Notes: generated from the sequence alone by a model not told the origin. DNA of 64,000 nt from Paraspadella gotoi (GCA_051294375.1 CM119264.1:24541842-24605841), one strand, 5' to 3'. Counted from the stretch's first letter, positions 43,873 through 58,149 are shown. Made by a program: numbers and translations.

Positions 43873-45693
43873 ACGGGGAAGTTTTGTTTTCTTTTTTTTA
43901 CAAAAATTTATATATAATAGATACGAGCTAACAAATATTTTTGTATTAACAAAGTTTATTACTTTTCTTCAATTGAAAAATTGTTTAAAACTTTTAATTG
44001 TTTAAAATTTTGATAAACATCTTTTAACTTCATACAAAAACGGAAATAATTAATTAATTAATTAATTAATTAAAAATAATTACTTTTTTAGATTCTCCTA
44101 ATTGTTTTACTTCATCAGTGCGTGAGCCATTACTATTCTCGATGTTGCTGTCGACGATGTCGTCGATGATATATTATAATTATTATAATTTCTAACAGGA
44201 ATGATGTATGATATCTATTAGAAAACTAGAACAGATTGTACTCTAACCATATGAATGAATTATTAGATATAATAAGTTGTTTTTTTTTGAAAAACAATAT
44301 ATATATAATTAAAAAATATAGAGTGAACATTAATATTATAAAATATAAAAATTGAAAATAGTGAAACAAGTAATTTCACAAATTTTCATATGATTATTAA
44401 TGCTTTTAAATAATGTCACTCCATCGCGGACGTCTTTTCGTTATTTAAACAAAAGAAAATTTAAAATATTCAAATTTAATGACGAGATCAACAATTGTGA
44501 GTAATAAAGATTTTTAGTGAAAATATTTTTTTTTATTAACAATTATATCTACGTTTAGCAATAATAAAAATAGATGTTAAAAATTGCAAAATTACAAAAT
44601 CTACAATAGACTAATTTAGACTTAATTTTAAAATAAATATATGTATAATATATATGTTTATACATTTCTTTTACTATGAAGACATTTTGTAATTAAAACA
44701 AAAGTTTTTGAAAGAGGGCAGCACTTGTGTTATGTTTTCGAGTCTAAGAGTAACTAGTTTAAAAAAGATCAACACGCAAAAAATATAGCCAGGGCATCGT
44801 ATATAGTACCGTTTTTTATCGGTATCATTTTCAATATTTTATTTCATCAGTCTCTTAAAATCACCGAAGAGATTAAATTTGCAGAAGCCATTTTTTTGAG
44901 GATATTCGCTCTAAGCCTATGGCTAACGTTTGAAAAAATATTATTTTAATATCAATTAGAAATGTATAACTATTTTCTTGGTTTTTGCATAAATATTTTT
45001 AGTCGCACACGCGCTGGCACCTGTGACCTTCAAATCGACACTTAGAAATCTCTTGAGTATCTCCGCGTGGTTGAGGTATCGCCCGCATATTATTATAGCG
45101 CCGAATAATAAAGTGATGACGAAATATAATTATTCAATTAAAATTTTGAGTCAAAGGCATTCCGTTTTTATTATTTTAGTATAGATGGTATCGGAATTAC
45201 TTTTCCTTTTTATTTTTCCTTTTTATTTTTAATTTCGACTTTTACAACAAAAATTCAAAAAAAACATTGGGTTAAAATAATATACCAGTTATTAAAATTA
45301 GTGGCTCAAAAAAAGTTTCTAATACAAATTATAGTCTAAATTTCTAACAAACAGTTATCAGCGCCAAGCTCGAGGCCATTGAAGATATTCAGTAACAGTA
45401 ATAACAAATGAAGCTGAACTGTCTTAATAATGTAGTGGGAGACGATACCCGTTTCACACAAGCTTCTAAACTTCGGATCGGCAATGTAGTCTGGCTCTAG
45501 TACAGGTGGGTTAGACGCCCCGTCCCGTTTTTTGTGTGAATCAGCAGGCGCGCGAGTCGAGTCTTTACTTTGTGTTTGGGTTGGGAGAAGCTCGTGCCAT
45601 CTCTAGTGCCGAAGGAGCAGCTTATCGAACGATGGAGGGGTAATATATAGAACCACCATACACTTTCTATGCCGCCTTTGAAGATACCTAGAT

Positions 45694-47244
45694 AAAGATA
45701 TCCAACGAAACTGTAACTTTTTAAAAAATAACTATATTAAGAGTTAGTTAAAAAAAATTTATGTGCCGAAATAGCGAAAGTTTTATGTATAGTGCTTTTT
45801 TTGTAGCTACTATGCACTATGCAGCTCCTGAATGGGAGGGGATGGCAAAGTAACTTGATACTTGAAAAAAAATTTGTTTTTTAAAGATTCAAATATAAAA
45901 TCTGTAACTCAACTTTGTTCTGACTATATAAAAAATTGTAAAATTTTTACCATCTATGATAGATTATTTCATACAGATATGTTTTTTTTAATTGTCGGGC
46001 AGGTTTTTGTCAACATGTAGACCAACGGGGGTATTCAAAAAGGGGATAGTTATCATTGCAGTATAAACTTCAGCATTGAGGCAATTACTTAAAGAAAACC
46101 CTTCTGATGTTGCAACTTGCAAGAACTGTTCAAATGATTTGGACATTTCCTAAGGAACCTTTAGATAGATAATACACGAAGATTCTCTTTTGGTGTACTT
46201 ATTATTTTCCTATTCATTACAGAACTGAATGAAAAACAAATCTTCTGTTGTTCGATTCTTTGAAACTTAAACAATATTCTTCCTCGTGATATCTAGACTG
46301 ATAAAAAGCTGACTAGGAACCAACAATAACACTTGATTATTAGTACTCGATTTATATAAATAGAATGGTTATCTTCCTCAATCCGCATTTTCAAACTCCG
46401 GTCAATATTTATGTAGGTGACCAAAACAGACCATGATTAGGGGGAGACTAACTCAATAAGGTGGTTAAGAAATTGAATTAAGCACCTACTCAAACGAAAA
46501 TTTTACATTTTTTAAAAAAATTTGTATAGACAAAATTTTTTATATTACTCCATACTCCATATATTAATTTTTTAATATTATTTATAATAGATAGAGGCTA
46601 AAAATTTTTTGGGATTTTTGATTTTTAAGATCAGATTCAGGAAGCTTGCAAAAAGTTGTCTACACAAAGTATAATTCTTTTTTCGATATTTTGATCATAA
46701 GTATGTGAAAAATATGAAAAACTATTTATAATCATCATCATCATCATTTTTCGATAATTTTATTATTTTTTCTTAATTTTGACCAAGAAAACATAAATAT
46801 TTACGAAAGTTGTAGTTAAATTTTTTATTTAACTTTTTATGCTCTATCAGAATCCATCAAAAAAGTTAAGATTGATTAAAAAAATTTTTATCATTATATA
46901 GTAATATTGTAATTTTAATAGCAACAATAAAAGCATTAAAATCGAATCTTTTTTAAAAAATTCTTTTTTTACCTAAAAGTAGACTTCAAGACTAAAGTTT
47001 TGAACCCCCGCCCCTATTGAATTTAATTTCATAGTAGATTTCTACCATGATGCTCATTGCTCAACATGGAAAATAGGGATCCAGCTTTGTCTCACGTCTA
47101 TTTGGAGACATTTTGTGATTTTGTTATATTGATACCAGAAATATAAATTGTCATGATTTCTGAATAAATTGAGCTCAAAAAAATATCCCTAATAATTAAT
47201 AAAATATGAATTTTTAAAACGGTACAGTTTCGTTGGATATCTTG
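45694..47244. mobile_element. ~1.55-kb TIR element with a nested repeat; possibly a P/THAP-type relic
   Basis: Left AAAGATATCCAACGAAACTGTAACTTTTTAAAAA versus the right end reverse-complemented, CAAGATATCCAACGAAACTGTACCGTTTTAAAAA. No clean TSD. Faint THAP-like words (YAAPEW, LCSD) are only suggestive. Confidence 0.6.
46448..47045 (-). repeat. Copy of the 35170-36008 element lacking both hammerhead insertions (empty site)
   Basis: Its reverse complement aligns with 35170-36008 and reads straight through the two points where that copy has inserts. Confidence 0.85.
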
Positions 47245-48429
47245 CTATTTTACACTTTTTCAACAATCTTTAAAATTTACTTTGGTTGAACACTGTAAAT
47301 CATTGTCTATGCTTAATCGCTGCCTTGTATAAAAAAATGTGCTCTAACCTTTTAACTAAATGAACCATTGATAATTTCATTCATTCTTTTGTACCTCCAC
47401 ATTTTCTGCGCTAATCTTTAATCAAAATAGTAGAAATCGTTGACATGTTAAAATAACGGTCTAAGGAATAATAGCATATATTACTTACGAGTACTTTCGA
47501 AATATACTTATTATCATAAAAATATTATTCAAACTTCAAACATAAAACACTAACTTTCGTAAATGCCAATACGTTTAATCGTCGACAACCGAGTCGAACC
47601 AGCTGCTGCAGGAGAAACAACCGCCGTTGCCGTCGCTGTCGCCGCAGCCGCAGTATCCGTCAGACAAGGGATGCTTTAAGAACTTCTTATTTTAATTTCG
47701 GGCTATTTTTGTTCAGTTATTTTTCAAATGGTCAACTAGTAGTAGCTATTGAAACGAGTTCGCAATCTGTCTGGCATTAGCCGTTATTATCTTGTTACAT
47801 CCAATGGCGGGTTCGGAATCTTTTGAAAGGTAATGCAATTAAAATTAAATGAATGCTCAATGCTTATAGCGGAATCATCTTGATTCATTTGAAATATTAG
47901 CTTTTTTAAACATCTTTATCGGTATTGTTACTAATGTTAGTGTTAAAAAAAGGCATCTACAATTGTTAGATGAAGTCACATTTATTTGGGGCAGGTTTCA
48001 TGAGAACGAAATAATACAACATGAAGTACAATTTTAAATACATTTTGGAATATCACAGATTGGCTAGTGTTGACTGGTATTTTTTCTCAATTTTTTCTAC
48101 CTAAATGGTTGTCCTAATTAAAAATGATTACTATTTTCGCGTAATTTTTACCAGTTGATGAAAAATATAAAAAAATCCTACGCTCCCATGAAAGGTTTTA
48201 AATATATTTATTTAAAATTAGAAAATAATGCTACCCATTGTTGGAGATCTCGTTTTGAAGAAACAATTCGATTGTTGCTCGGAGTCAAACTGCAAGCTGC
48301 ACAAAACGAAAAGTTTTTCGTATTTGTTTATTAAATCGATAAGAGGTGCTACGTGCCTCAATTGTTGGACGTTAGAGGGTGCGCATAACACCGTCAATTT
48401 TTTTTTCTTTACGGCAGTGGGAGATGGGG

Positions 48430-48481
<52 letters not shown>

Positions 48482-48650
48482 CTCCATCAGCGGCGCGTGT
48501 TCCAAACCTCGATGCGTCGTCAACAATGGAATGGCGCTGCTGGAGAAGAAGAGCGAGGCCATCTGATGGAAGATTGTCTTTTTTGGAAGGGTCCAAGATT
48601 GGAAGAACATCAGAATAAAAACGTTTGAATTTTTTTTTTTCACCGGATAT

Positions 48651-48790
48651 TGGAAGAACGTCTTTCCCACAGGCAAGGGAGAATGAAAGAGGGTCTTTCC
48701 CGCCGATATGGGAGAATGGAAGAACGTATTTCCCGCCGGTATGGGAGAATGGAAGACCGTCTTTCCCGCCGGTTTGGGAGATGGGAAGAA
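48651..48790. repeat. 33-bp minisatellite (~4 units) downstream of the ephrin stop codon
   Basis: Unit TGGAAGAACGTCTTTCCCGCCGGTATGGGAGAA with a few substitutions per copy. Confidence 0.9.
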
Positions 48791-49214
48791 AATATTTTTT
48801 TTTCAATTTTGGAATCAGTTCGATCATCACTCACGATCTTCGTTCGAATTCGGGACATAAACAACATCATCTTTGCGCGAGAGATAAGGACGAGTCATCG
48901 AGTTTTTCGGGTGAGGCTAACGAAAGGTGAGGAATACGATGTAGAGGAAAGAGGTTTTTTTAACGCGAACGGGGAAAGATAAGTATCGAGGGATGGCGTG
49001 ACTGACCCGGCGAATCGAGTCCTTGTTTTAATCTTTCGGGGGAGGTGGGGACCGCGCCATTGTTTTTTTTTTTCGGCGGAAAAATTCCCCCCAGTGATAG
49101 ACGAATTATTTTTCGCAAAAAAAAAACAACAAAACGGGAAACGAATGAGAGTCGGCGCTGCGTTGCCGTCATTTCATGCCGTCAGTCGACGCTGCATTTG
49201 GATCTTCTCCTTCC

Positions 49215-49987
49215 TCACCGCAGCACCAGCCGCATGATGACCAGATGTAACAGCGGCAGCGCCATCTGCAGCGTGACGCACCAAAACCGTTTTCCCGCCG
49301 CCGCGTTGTTCTCGTTGACGAGTTTTTGCGCTTTGAGCACGTTGACGATGTAGCGATGCGTGGTCTCGCGCTTGCTGGAGGAGGAGCCGCCGTCGCCGCC
49401 CAGCATCGGGATGGAGTTATCGTCGGGGTCGACGTTGAGGACGATGTCGACGCCGTAGTTGGGACTCTGACCCGAAATGAAGTTCGACTCGGCGCCGGAC
49501 GACGCCCCGATGGCTCCGTATTCGGGAATGACGTTGGGATGCTCCGTCGTGGTGGTCGTCGTCGTCGACGTCGTCGTGGTCGTCGTCGTGTCCTCCGCCG
49601 TCCGATCCGGTTGGACGATGAGTCTCAGCTTCATGTTCATTGTTTCGCAGACGCCGCCCTCGGTTTGGTTCTGCCCTTTCACGGACCCGTTTGATGTTGA
49701 GATGATGTAGTATTCTCTGCCGGGCAAGAACTCGAAACCCTGGGGCTGAGGAGAGTAGTTGGTGATTAAGAAGGAGTAGAACCGATGCGCGGTGGGCTCG
49801 TTGCAAGCGAAGAACCACTTGGGGTAGCGAGGCGGCTCCCGCATGCGGTTGAGGGAACAGTATTTATATTGGTCGTAGTTGACCATGTTGAGGGCGTGAT
49901 AGTCGGTGTCGTCGTTAACTTGGGATTGGGATTCGCGGAAGGGGCAGATGATGTTGAGCATGTCTCCTCGCTGAGAGAGGGTGGGTG

Positions 49988-50019
<32 letters not shown>

Positions 50020-50933
50020 TGGGAATGGGGGAACAGGAAGCAAGAAAAAGGAAATTTATAAAATTATTTCTGTACAGTTGAACACAATGAATTACTAGAT
50101 CATTTTTAGAACTTTAAATTTTTACTTTTCATATCAACTCGAATTAAGACGATTTTCAATTTTTAAAATATCGAATAAATCCCTCCGCTGTTAAAAAAAT
50201 GTTATAAAAATAAAAATAAAGTAAAAGATTAGCCCCTCTAGAAAAGTGCTCTCAAATCTTTAGTCTTCGTCCAAAACTGAACTTTTTTTATTCTCTTTAT
50301 CGAGACGTTAACTGCTTCTTTTTGTTCCCCAAAACCAAAGCTGCAGCCTCTCGAAATTTCCCTTTATTTCGGTCCGCAAGCTGGAAGCTTTAGAAAACTG
50401 CGCCCGAGAGTGTGAGTGCGAAACTTTCAATATTAATTTTTAAATTTTAAGTTCTCTTTACTTTATTTTACTTTATAGTCAGCTACGGCCATTTATTTAT
50501 TACGTTTTATAAAAATTTCCATGAATATTAGCTTTAACTTTAGCTTTAACTTAACATTTAAAAGCCAAAATAGAAAAAAAGATGTTGGATAACACACGAA
50601 GTTTTATTGCTACACCGTTCTCACGCTCTCTCCTTTTTATTTTCTGATTACATTTTCCATTGGGATGTCTTTATTTCTATTTCTTCCTATATTTAATATC
50701 TGCCTCTCTCTATTCTTTTTATCTCCCGCTTCCCCTTCGTTCACCCCTCCACTTACTCGAACGTATATGACGTGATGCGTGTTGCTCTTATCGAAGATCG
50801 GATTCGAACTGTTCCAGTAAACCTGGTGCGTCTCTTTACTCAGCACCATCCCCAGTGACGCGCGCCACTGCGCCAGAAAGAACAAGACCGCCAGCGCCAA
50901 CGCCACGGCCGGGGATTCCATCGTAAACGCCAT
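49215..50933 (-). CDS. Ephrin (Eph receptor ligand), ~310 aa, 2 coding exons, probable GPI anchor
   Basis: Exons 50933-50757 and 49970-49215 (phase 0, GTAAGT...CAG). Signal peptide (AVALALAVLFFLAQW); VYWNSSNPIF; GDMLNIICP; MVNYDQYKYC; YSPQPQGFEFLPGREYYIISTS; GGVCETMNMKL; Thr-rich stalk; hydrophobic C-terminus with no cytoplasmic tail. An upstream acceptor lies at 51066-51064. Confidence 0.95.
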
Positions 50934-51078
50934 GAGGGANNNNNNNNNNCGGTGGGAGAAAGGAAAGGTGAAGGAAGTTACAAAGGGAGTGGTTCCCACG
51001 CACGTGGCGGAGACAGGAAGTGGACAAGGGGATCGAGCGTCGTCCAAGTCGAGTGTCCACCGGCTAGAAGGGGAGAGA

Positions 51079-51132
<54 letters not shown>

Positions 51133-52539
51133 AGAGAGGGAGAGAGAGAGAAGATGCAGTGGAGTGGGGGCGGTAACCGGAGAGAAAGAGAGAGACCAAA
51201 AGGGGAATTCGTTTCTTGAGAAACGAGAATGTTTAAACAATCAAGACGGGAATGAAAAAAAAGGAGAAAGGAAATCCTCTTTTTATTTTTCTCCTTTTAC
51301 TTCTTTTTTTTTCCCCTTTTTTTATTTCGTTCTTTTTTTTTTTCTTTTTAATTTCGTTTCCAGCGAAACCGAAGGAGAAATAATTTCGCAATCGTCCTTT
51401 CTCAGATCAGCGTGGAAAAAAAAAAAAAAGAAGTTTGGGTTTCAGTTTCCTTCTTTCCTCATTTGCGTCTCGAGAAAAGACAAAAAGAGGAGAGAGAGAG
51501 AGAAAAAAAGAAGATAAAATTGGAAGAGGAAAGGATTTTGTTTTATTTGTTTCTTCTGTTTTCCCACTTTTTTCGTTTTTTCTTTTCTCTCTCTTTCAAC
51601 AAAAAGTTTGTCTTCTTTTTCCGCGATATTTGTTTACTTTTTTTTTTTCGTCTCCTTCCAGAGTTTCGAGGGTGGAGATTGTCAAGAGGGTGGTCGAAAG
51701 ATGGTGGTGATTGGAGTTGTTGTTGAAAGAGGGTGGGTCTTTGAACGACAGGGTCCTTTAGGGAAAGTAGACACGTTTTTGATCACTTTTTCTAAAATTA
51801 TCAAGATTAAATCCACGTCGAGTCTTCTCAGTTTTTCCGAAGTCGATGAACTTTAACTTTCCGCGATCCGAAGATATAAGCACGATTATGCAGTCGGACG
51901 AGATGCAGTCTCGATGCTCTCAGAGAAAATACGAACTATCTAGATGCGGTCAGACGAGGTTCACATTTGACCCGTCGACGCGATCCTTCGATCCTCCCTT
52001 CGATTCAGTCCCACAGATCGTCATCATCCATCGATGTTTTATTTTGTTTTTTTTTATTAGTTTTATATTTCATTCATCTATGTTTTTTTTTATCAGTGAT
52101 TTATTTTCACCCTCGAAGGCGGCGGCGCGGGCGGAGAAGAGGGGCAGAGAGAGAAATAAAAAAACTTTATCCAAATCGAGCGAAGTTAAGTTTATTTCGG
52201 AGTTAATTTTAATATATAAATCCTGAGGTTTGGGAGGAGAAAGTCTATTTTTTTGGGGGGGGAGAAATTTTTATTAACTAAGATAACTTCAAATCGCGAG
52301 TTAATGAGTTGAAAAGAATCCAAAATTCTTGAATGACGCGAATATCGGAAATAACGAGGAGAAAGAACGGGAATAACGAGGGAAGATCCGGACAAACGAG
52401 ATAAAGAAAGAAAAAAAAAATCGTGAGAGATTTCTTTATTTTTTTTTTCGAAATCGCGCGAAACAGAGAGTAAGAGAGTGAGACAGAGAGAGAGAGATCG
52501 CGATCGAATGACGAATCCAAGTCGGCGAGAGAGAAGTTA

Positions 52540-52995
52540 TAAGACGACGACGACGACGAAAACGACGACGAAGAAGACGACGACGCGGAACGACGACGAC
52601 TCGAAGAACGACGAGCGAGTCGCCGACGCGAGGGGAAACGACGATGACGACGACGACGACGACGACGACGATGCGTACGAAGGCGAAGACGTTAAAGCGA
52701 AGGGTGCGATCGTAGAAGTCCTCCTCTTCCTCTTCCTCCCGTTGTTGTCGTTGTAAAAATACTCCTTTCGTCGTCGTCATCGTCATTGTCATCGTCATCG
52801 TCGTCGTCGTCCTCCGATTTCGGGCCAGACTTCCTCGCTCGTCGCGTCAAGGTAGAAAAACCCTATACCTGTCCCTCGGACTCTTTCCCTGCTAAGTATT
52901 ATGACTCGTCGTCATCGTAGTCGTCATCGTCGTCGTCGTCATCGTAGTCGTCATCTTCGTCGTCGTCGTCATCGTCGTCGTCGTCGTCGTCGTCA
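52540..52995. repeat. Compound (GAC/GAT)n and (GTC/ATC)n trinucleotide repeats upstream of ephrin
   Basis: GAC-rich runs at 52540-52672 are followed by complementary GTC-rich runs at 52768-52812 and 52905-52994. Confidence 0.85.
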
Positions 52996-53063
52996 AGGAA
53001 AAAAGATTTATTGAGTTTTCTTCCCTTCGCTTTTATTTGCTTTCCCCTCGCAATTATTCTTTT

Positions 53064-53142
<79 letters not shown>

Positions 53143-55103
53143 TGGAATTTCTTCTTTTGTCTTAAGAGCGAAAAATAATAAAAAGCAGTGTACTACTCGT
53201 GTCAGGGCCAAATTCCGAATTGCATACGGAGAGTCGTACGGTCGTCGCCGTCGTCGTTGTCGCCGTTACGTTCTCGCTTTGCTCCTTATTTATGGTCGAC
53301 TTCGTAATAAACTTTTTTTTTGTTTATTTCGTTTTTGTTCTTTTGTTGTTTTTTTTTCCTCGTTTGAAGTACAAGCGGCGACCGCGTCGCCAGAGTCAAA
53401 TCTCCGAGTTGAGTTTACGACTTGAAAAGTTTTTTATTCACGACGACGACGACAACGACGACGACGATATCGAAATTCCATTTCTAGTCGCAAATTTCGA
53501 TCTTCGGATGAGAGAGAAATTCGATCGACTGTCGCGAGTCTCCGGAATAAACATCGCGAAAATTTGTCAAAATGTTTTTCCGTACAACTAAACTTCTGGG
53601 AACCGGCGCTGTGTGTGTGTAAACTGTATGTTTGTGTGACGGAAAGAAAGAGCGGAAATGTGAGAATAAGAGAGAGGAGGGGGAAGGGAGGGGAAGAAAG
53701 GAAAAACAACCTTGGCCGAAAGAGAGGAAACTTAGAAAGAGAAGAAGAGAGAGGGAATTTGAGAACAGACTATAGCGGGCAGAAGGGATAGGAAATAAAG
53801 GAAGCCAAAGAAAGGAACATATGCCTCGCGCGACCGAGAAAATAAAAGGAAATAGAAAAAAATGAAAGAAATGAAAAGCGAAATATAAATGAAAAGAGAG
53901 GAAAAATAGAATAAAAGTTGAGATAAATGGAAAGAGAAAATAGAAAATGGAAATGGAAATAAAGAGAAAAAATTAAAGATAAACAAGGAGTTTGTTCTCT
54001 CTCTTTCNNNNNNNNNNNNNNNNNNNNNNNNNTCACGAGCAAATGTCCAAAGCGACCAGGCGGATGCTGAATGAGTGTGAGATTAGAGATAGAGTGAATT
54101 ATCGAGGGAGAAAAATGGTTGGGTGGATGAGGCGAGTGGGATAGCAGGGGAGAGAGAGAGCGGATAGAAAAGAGAGGGTAGTGAGAAAGAGGAGGAAAGG
54201 AAGAAAGAGATAAAGAGAAGAGAGAGATATCGAGATAAGAGATAAGCTGAGTGTGCAGATGTTATTGACTAAAATTATAATTATATTAACAATCTGTTTG
54301 AGAGAGCATACCTCCGTTATTCGCCCACTCCAAGATAAAGCGGCCACTTTCCAAACCGAATTTTTAGAATTGAAAGAATGATGAGCGCGAGCGTCGGAGG
54401 GGAAAGCGGGTATCGGAAGTGGAGCTGGACCCTGAGAATCGGCGTTTTCTAAAAAAAAAGAACAAAAGAAAAGAGAAGAGAGATAGGAGAGACAAGTTTT
54501 CGGATGTTGAAAGTGAAAGAAAAATAGGAGGTGAAGCGTGTGAACGAGACGGGGAAAGACCGTTAAGTAAAGTCTAGGTGAGAAAAAAAAAGATGGGATT
54601 TAAAAATAGGGAGGGACAAGAGTAAGTGAGGGATATAGGCGAAGATTCGATTATATTATGAGAATTCAGTAACAAATTCAGAACGGAAAAAGATGAGCAT
54701 GGGAATGAGATTGGCAGATGAGTTTTAACGAGTTAATAGATTAATGACGGCTGGCGGCTGAGTTTTAAGCTAATATAACGGCGAGACGAGAATAGATGGC
54801 GTCAGAGGTGGCGCAAACTTCGAAGTGTCTGACGAACGAATGACCCGTCAGGAGCATGACAAGAGATCTTTTTTTTGTTGTGACAACCATTATGAAAGGC
54901 GAGCACGGAGGCCTGAAAAAACATAGATGCGAAAATTTTAACGTTATTAATTATTATCAATAACCGTGAATTAAGAAGAAAAATTATTGAGGTAACTTAC
55001 AATTCTTCGAATTTTCGGAAATTCGCTGCTTTATTTCTTAAGTGGAAGTTTGAAGGAGTTGGTCAAATAAGACATGGCAGTAAACCTTGTGATTAAACTT
55101 TCT

Positions 55104-56789
55104 TTCGTTGTGTTTTGATAATTGAACTAAAGATCAAAGTCTTGATACAGCGATACGATTTTATTTTATTGTACAGGACAAGTTTCGGCTTTTCAGTTCA
55201 AGCTTCATCAGTGCTGATGAAGGCTGATGATGGGCTGATAAAGGCTGATGAAGGCTTGAATGAAAGCCGAACTTGAGTCTGTACATAAAATAAATACGTT
55301 GCTGTATTCAAAGACTTTGTCTTTAGTTTTCATTGGCTAGGAAACCTGAAAAACACACATAATGATAATATCCCTATCTGTAGCAGCATCAAAAAGGGCT
55401 TAAACCTTCGTTCAGACTTCGACGGTTCATCGCCGACTCGACCTCCGACTGGACCGCCGACTGGGATTTCCGGACGAACGAGTTGAGGGGTGAGGTCGGT
55501 GACCCGGCCCCGGCCCCCGCCCCTCCCTCCCCTCGCTTCCGGCCCCCAAGCCGCCGCGCATACCTCCCTCGATCCTCCCGGGTCGGGAAAACCGTGACCG
55601 GGCAAGCAACGACAACAACAAACAAACTAAAAACCGGGGTTTTTCCGCGGGAAATCGAAGTCTCGAGGGAAAGGATCGTCCGACGGGAAATTCGGGCGGC
55701 GAAGGCAGAAAGAAAAACAGCGTCGACCTCGATGATCTTTTGTTCGCGGAAAGACGATCTCTGTTTATACGTTGGTTTTTCGTTGTTTACGTTCTTTGTC
55801 TATATGAAAATTCGGTACAACCAATATAAAAATTGTCCACTTCAATTTGTGAAAAATTGTATTTTCGCTTAAATTTAGTCGACGGTTGAGTTTTCGACAA
55901 TTTTTTGTGTGTGTGAAAAGATCTTCTCTGATATGAAAATTTTAGGAAATATTAATATATTCAATACGTGTTCATCGCTGCAATGTCCATCTTATCGAAG
56001 AAAATTTCGAAAGATAGCTTCTGCAGGCTGAGGACAAATCTTATCACGAAATAGCCCAATCTAAATCCCAGTCATGTCATTTTTCCTATTTTGTATTTAA
56101 ACTATTTTAAGAACTTTTCAAACATCAGAATCGGTCTCCACGAATTCTTTACATAAATTACATTCGCCAAGCAAAACCCATATTAAGATGCAATCATTAG
56201 TAATCAGTGGGCCTAAGCTTAGTAATAAACCGGTCGCATTGATTAATGTCTTGAGCGTTTTCTCTAATCTAAAGGTTCAAATCTTTCAAACGAAAAGGCT
56301 GTCTCCATTCGATTTCGTCACAGCGATCTCGTCAGCGGTCACACTTCTCCGTCGGGGGGAGAGCTTATCGGCGACGCTCCCAAGCGCGGCGGGGGGCTGC
56401 GGCGGGGCATTTAGGGCTACGGATGCAGGCGGATGCTGCAGCGGCGCCGCGGGAAAATCGAAACTGGAAACTGAGAATCTCGATTAAAGATTCACGACGG
56501 AGAAAATTTCGCGCTTTCGATTCCGCATCCGAGATTGCGTTAAACTGTTGCGCACGATCCCGACTTCTTGCGTTTTTGATTTGTCGTCCACTTACCTAAT
56601 GAACAATTTGTTTTGGTAATTTTTCGCTCTCTACCATGTATGGAAGTTTTCAGTAAATCACTGAAAATCACTGTGGAATACGGATAAATCTGGAGAAGCA
56701 GCGAGAATTCAACAAAATTTTCGGTGATAACCCTGTATCACGGACAATTATCCTTATTTCCAGCAGACTTAACGCGTTGTAGCTTAATA

Positions 56790-56882
<93 letters not shown>

Positions 56883-57225
56883 AGATCGGTTTCCATTTTA
56901 TTTTCCCCGCCGCGAAAAGAAATTGCCACGAGGGACAACGATTGCTTGTCGCCTTCTTTGCCGTAAAAGTTTCGATAAGAAGAAGTTTTTAATCGTTTAT
57001 ATCGTGCGCTCGTAATTATTAATCTTCGGGCGTCTCTAAACGACGACGTGTTATGGATGAATACCGTGACAATTAAATGGCCTCGTTTCGAACTTTTTTT
57101 TTTTTTCTTTACTTTGCCGACTCGAAAAATAAACAGTTTCGTGCGTTTTTCGTCCGTTTTTTTCTCCTCTTTTGTTTTTCCATTTTAATCGCGTTACGGT
57201 TTATTCGTCGGAGAGGGAGGAGAGA

Positions 57226-57260
<35 letters not shown>

Positions 57261-57278
57261 AGAGAGAAGAGAGAGAGA

Positions 57279-57328
<50 letters not shown>

Positions 57329-58012
57329 TGAGTTCCCAGTTACTGTATTCTTTTATTTATTTTTAAATTCCTCTCTTAATTTTTAGTTAAAAGTTTCCAC
57401 GTTGGGAGAAAGATATAACGAGAAAGAAGGAGACCGGTCCGAGTAAATAGGATTACTTTACAATTTGGCGAACACATAACTTATGAGAGAGGGCACTCCT
57501 TAGTCAAACAATCCGCTTGTAATGTGTTTATAATATTTGAACACAAATTGATGTACGGCTTAAAGTCCAACAATAATCATCTATTATCTAGTATAATTAC
57601 AAACGCAAATTTACCAATAATTAATCTTAAAAAAAAAAATTACCCTTGCCTGTCGAGTCCGCAAGACATCTGGAATTTCTTTGATTATAATTTTAACCGC
57701 CTCAAATCACATTTTAAATCATTACTCCATGGAGAATCGATGCAGGTCCGCCGCGGACTCGTAACGATTCGCTCGTTTCGTCAAATGAAATTCCAAAACG
57801 AGTTGAACCCCCGTCGTGAGAAAAATGGCTGGGGGGGAGGAAGAGGAGGAGGGAGGAGTAGAACGAGGAATGAGATTCGACGATCCGGGGGCGTGTTCCG
57901 GAAAGGCCACCGGGATCCGAAGGCCGCGTCGTCAGTCGCCTCCCGTCGTCGCAAATTGAAAAGAACATTTTTTTTTTCGCGACGAATCGACCGCCAAGAA
58001 ATCCGTAATCTA

Positions 58013-58080
<68 letters not shown>

Positions 58081-58090
58081 CGATAGTGAG

Positions 58091-58149
<59 letters not shown>

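Noticed and set aside
33261-49818. Antisense and alternative-frame ORFs overlapping ZC3H4, TAB2 and ephrin exons (e.g. 43473-43781, 49326-49694)
   Set aside because: These are shadow ORFs of GC-rich coding exons that are already explained on the correct strand and frame.
55330-57960. GC-rich islands with 78-233 aa ORFs inside the palindrome arm
   Set aside because: Frames disagree between the two arms because of indels and there is no recognisable homology. They could be exons or enhancers but cannot be supported from this sequence.
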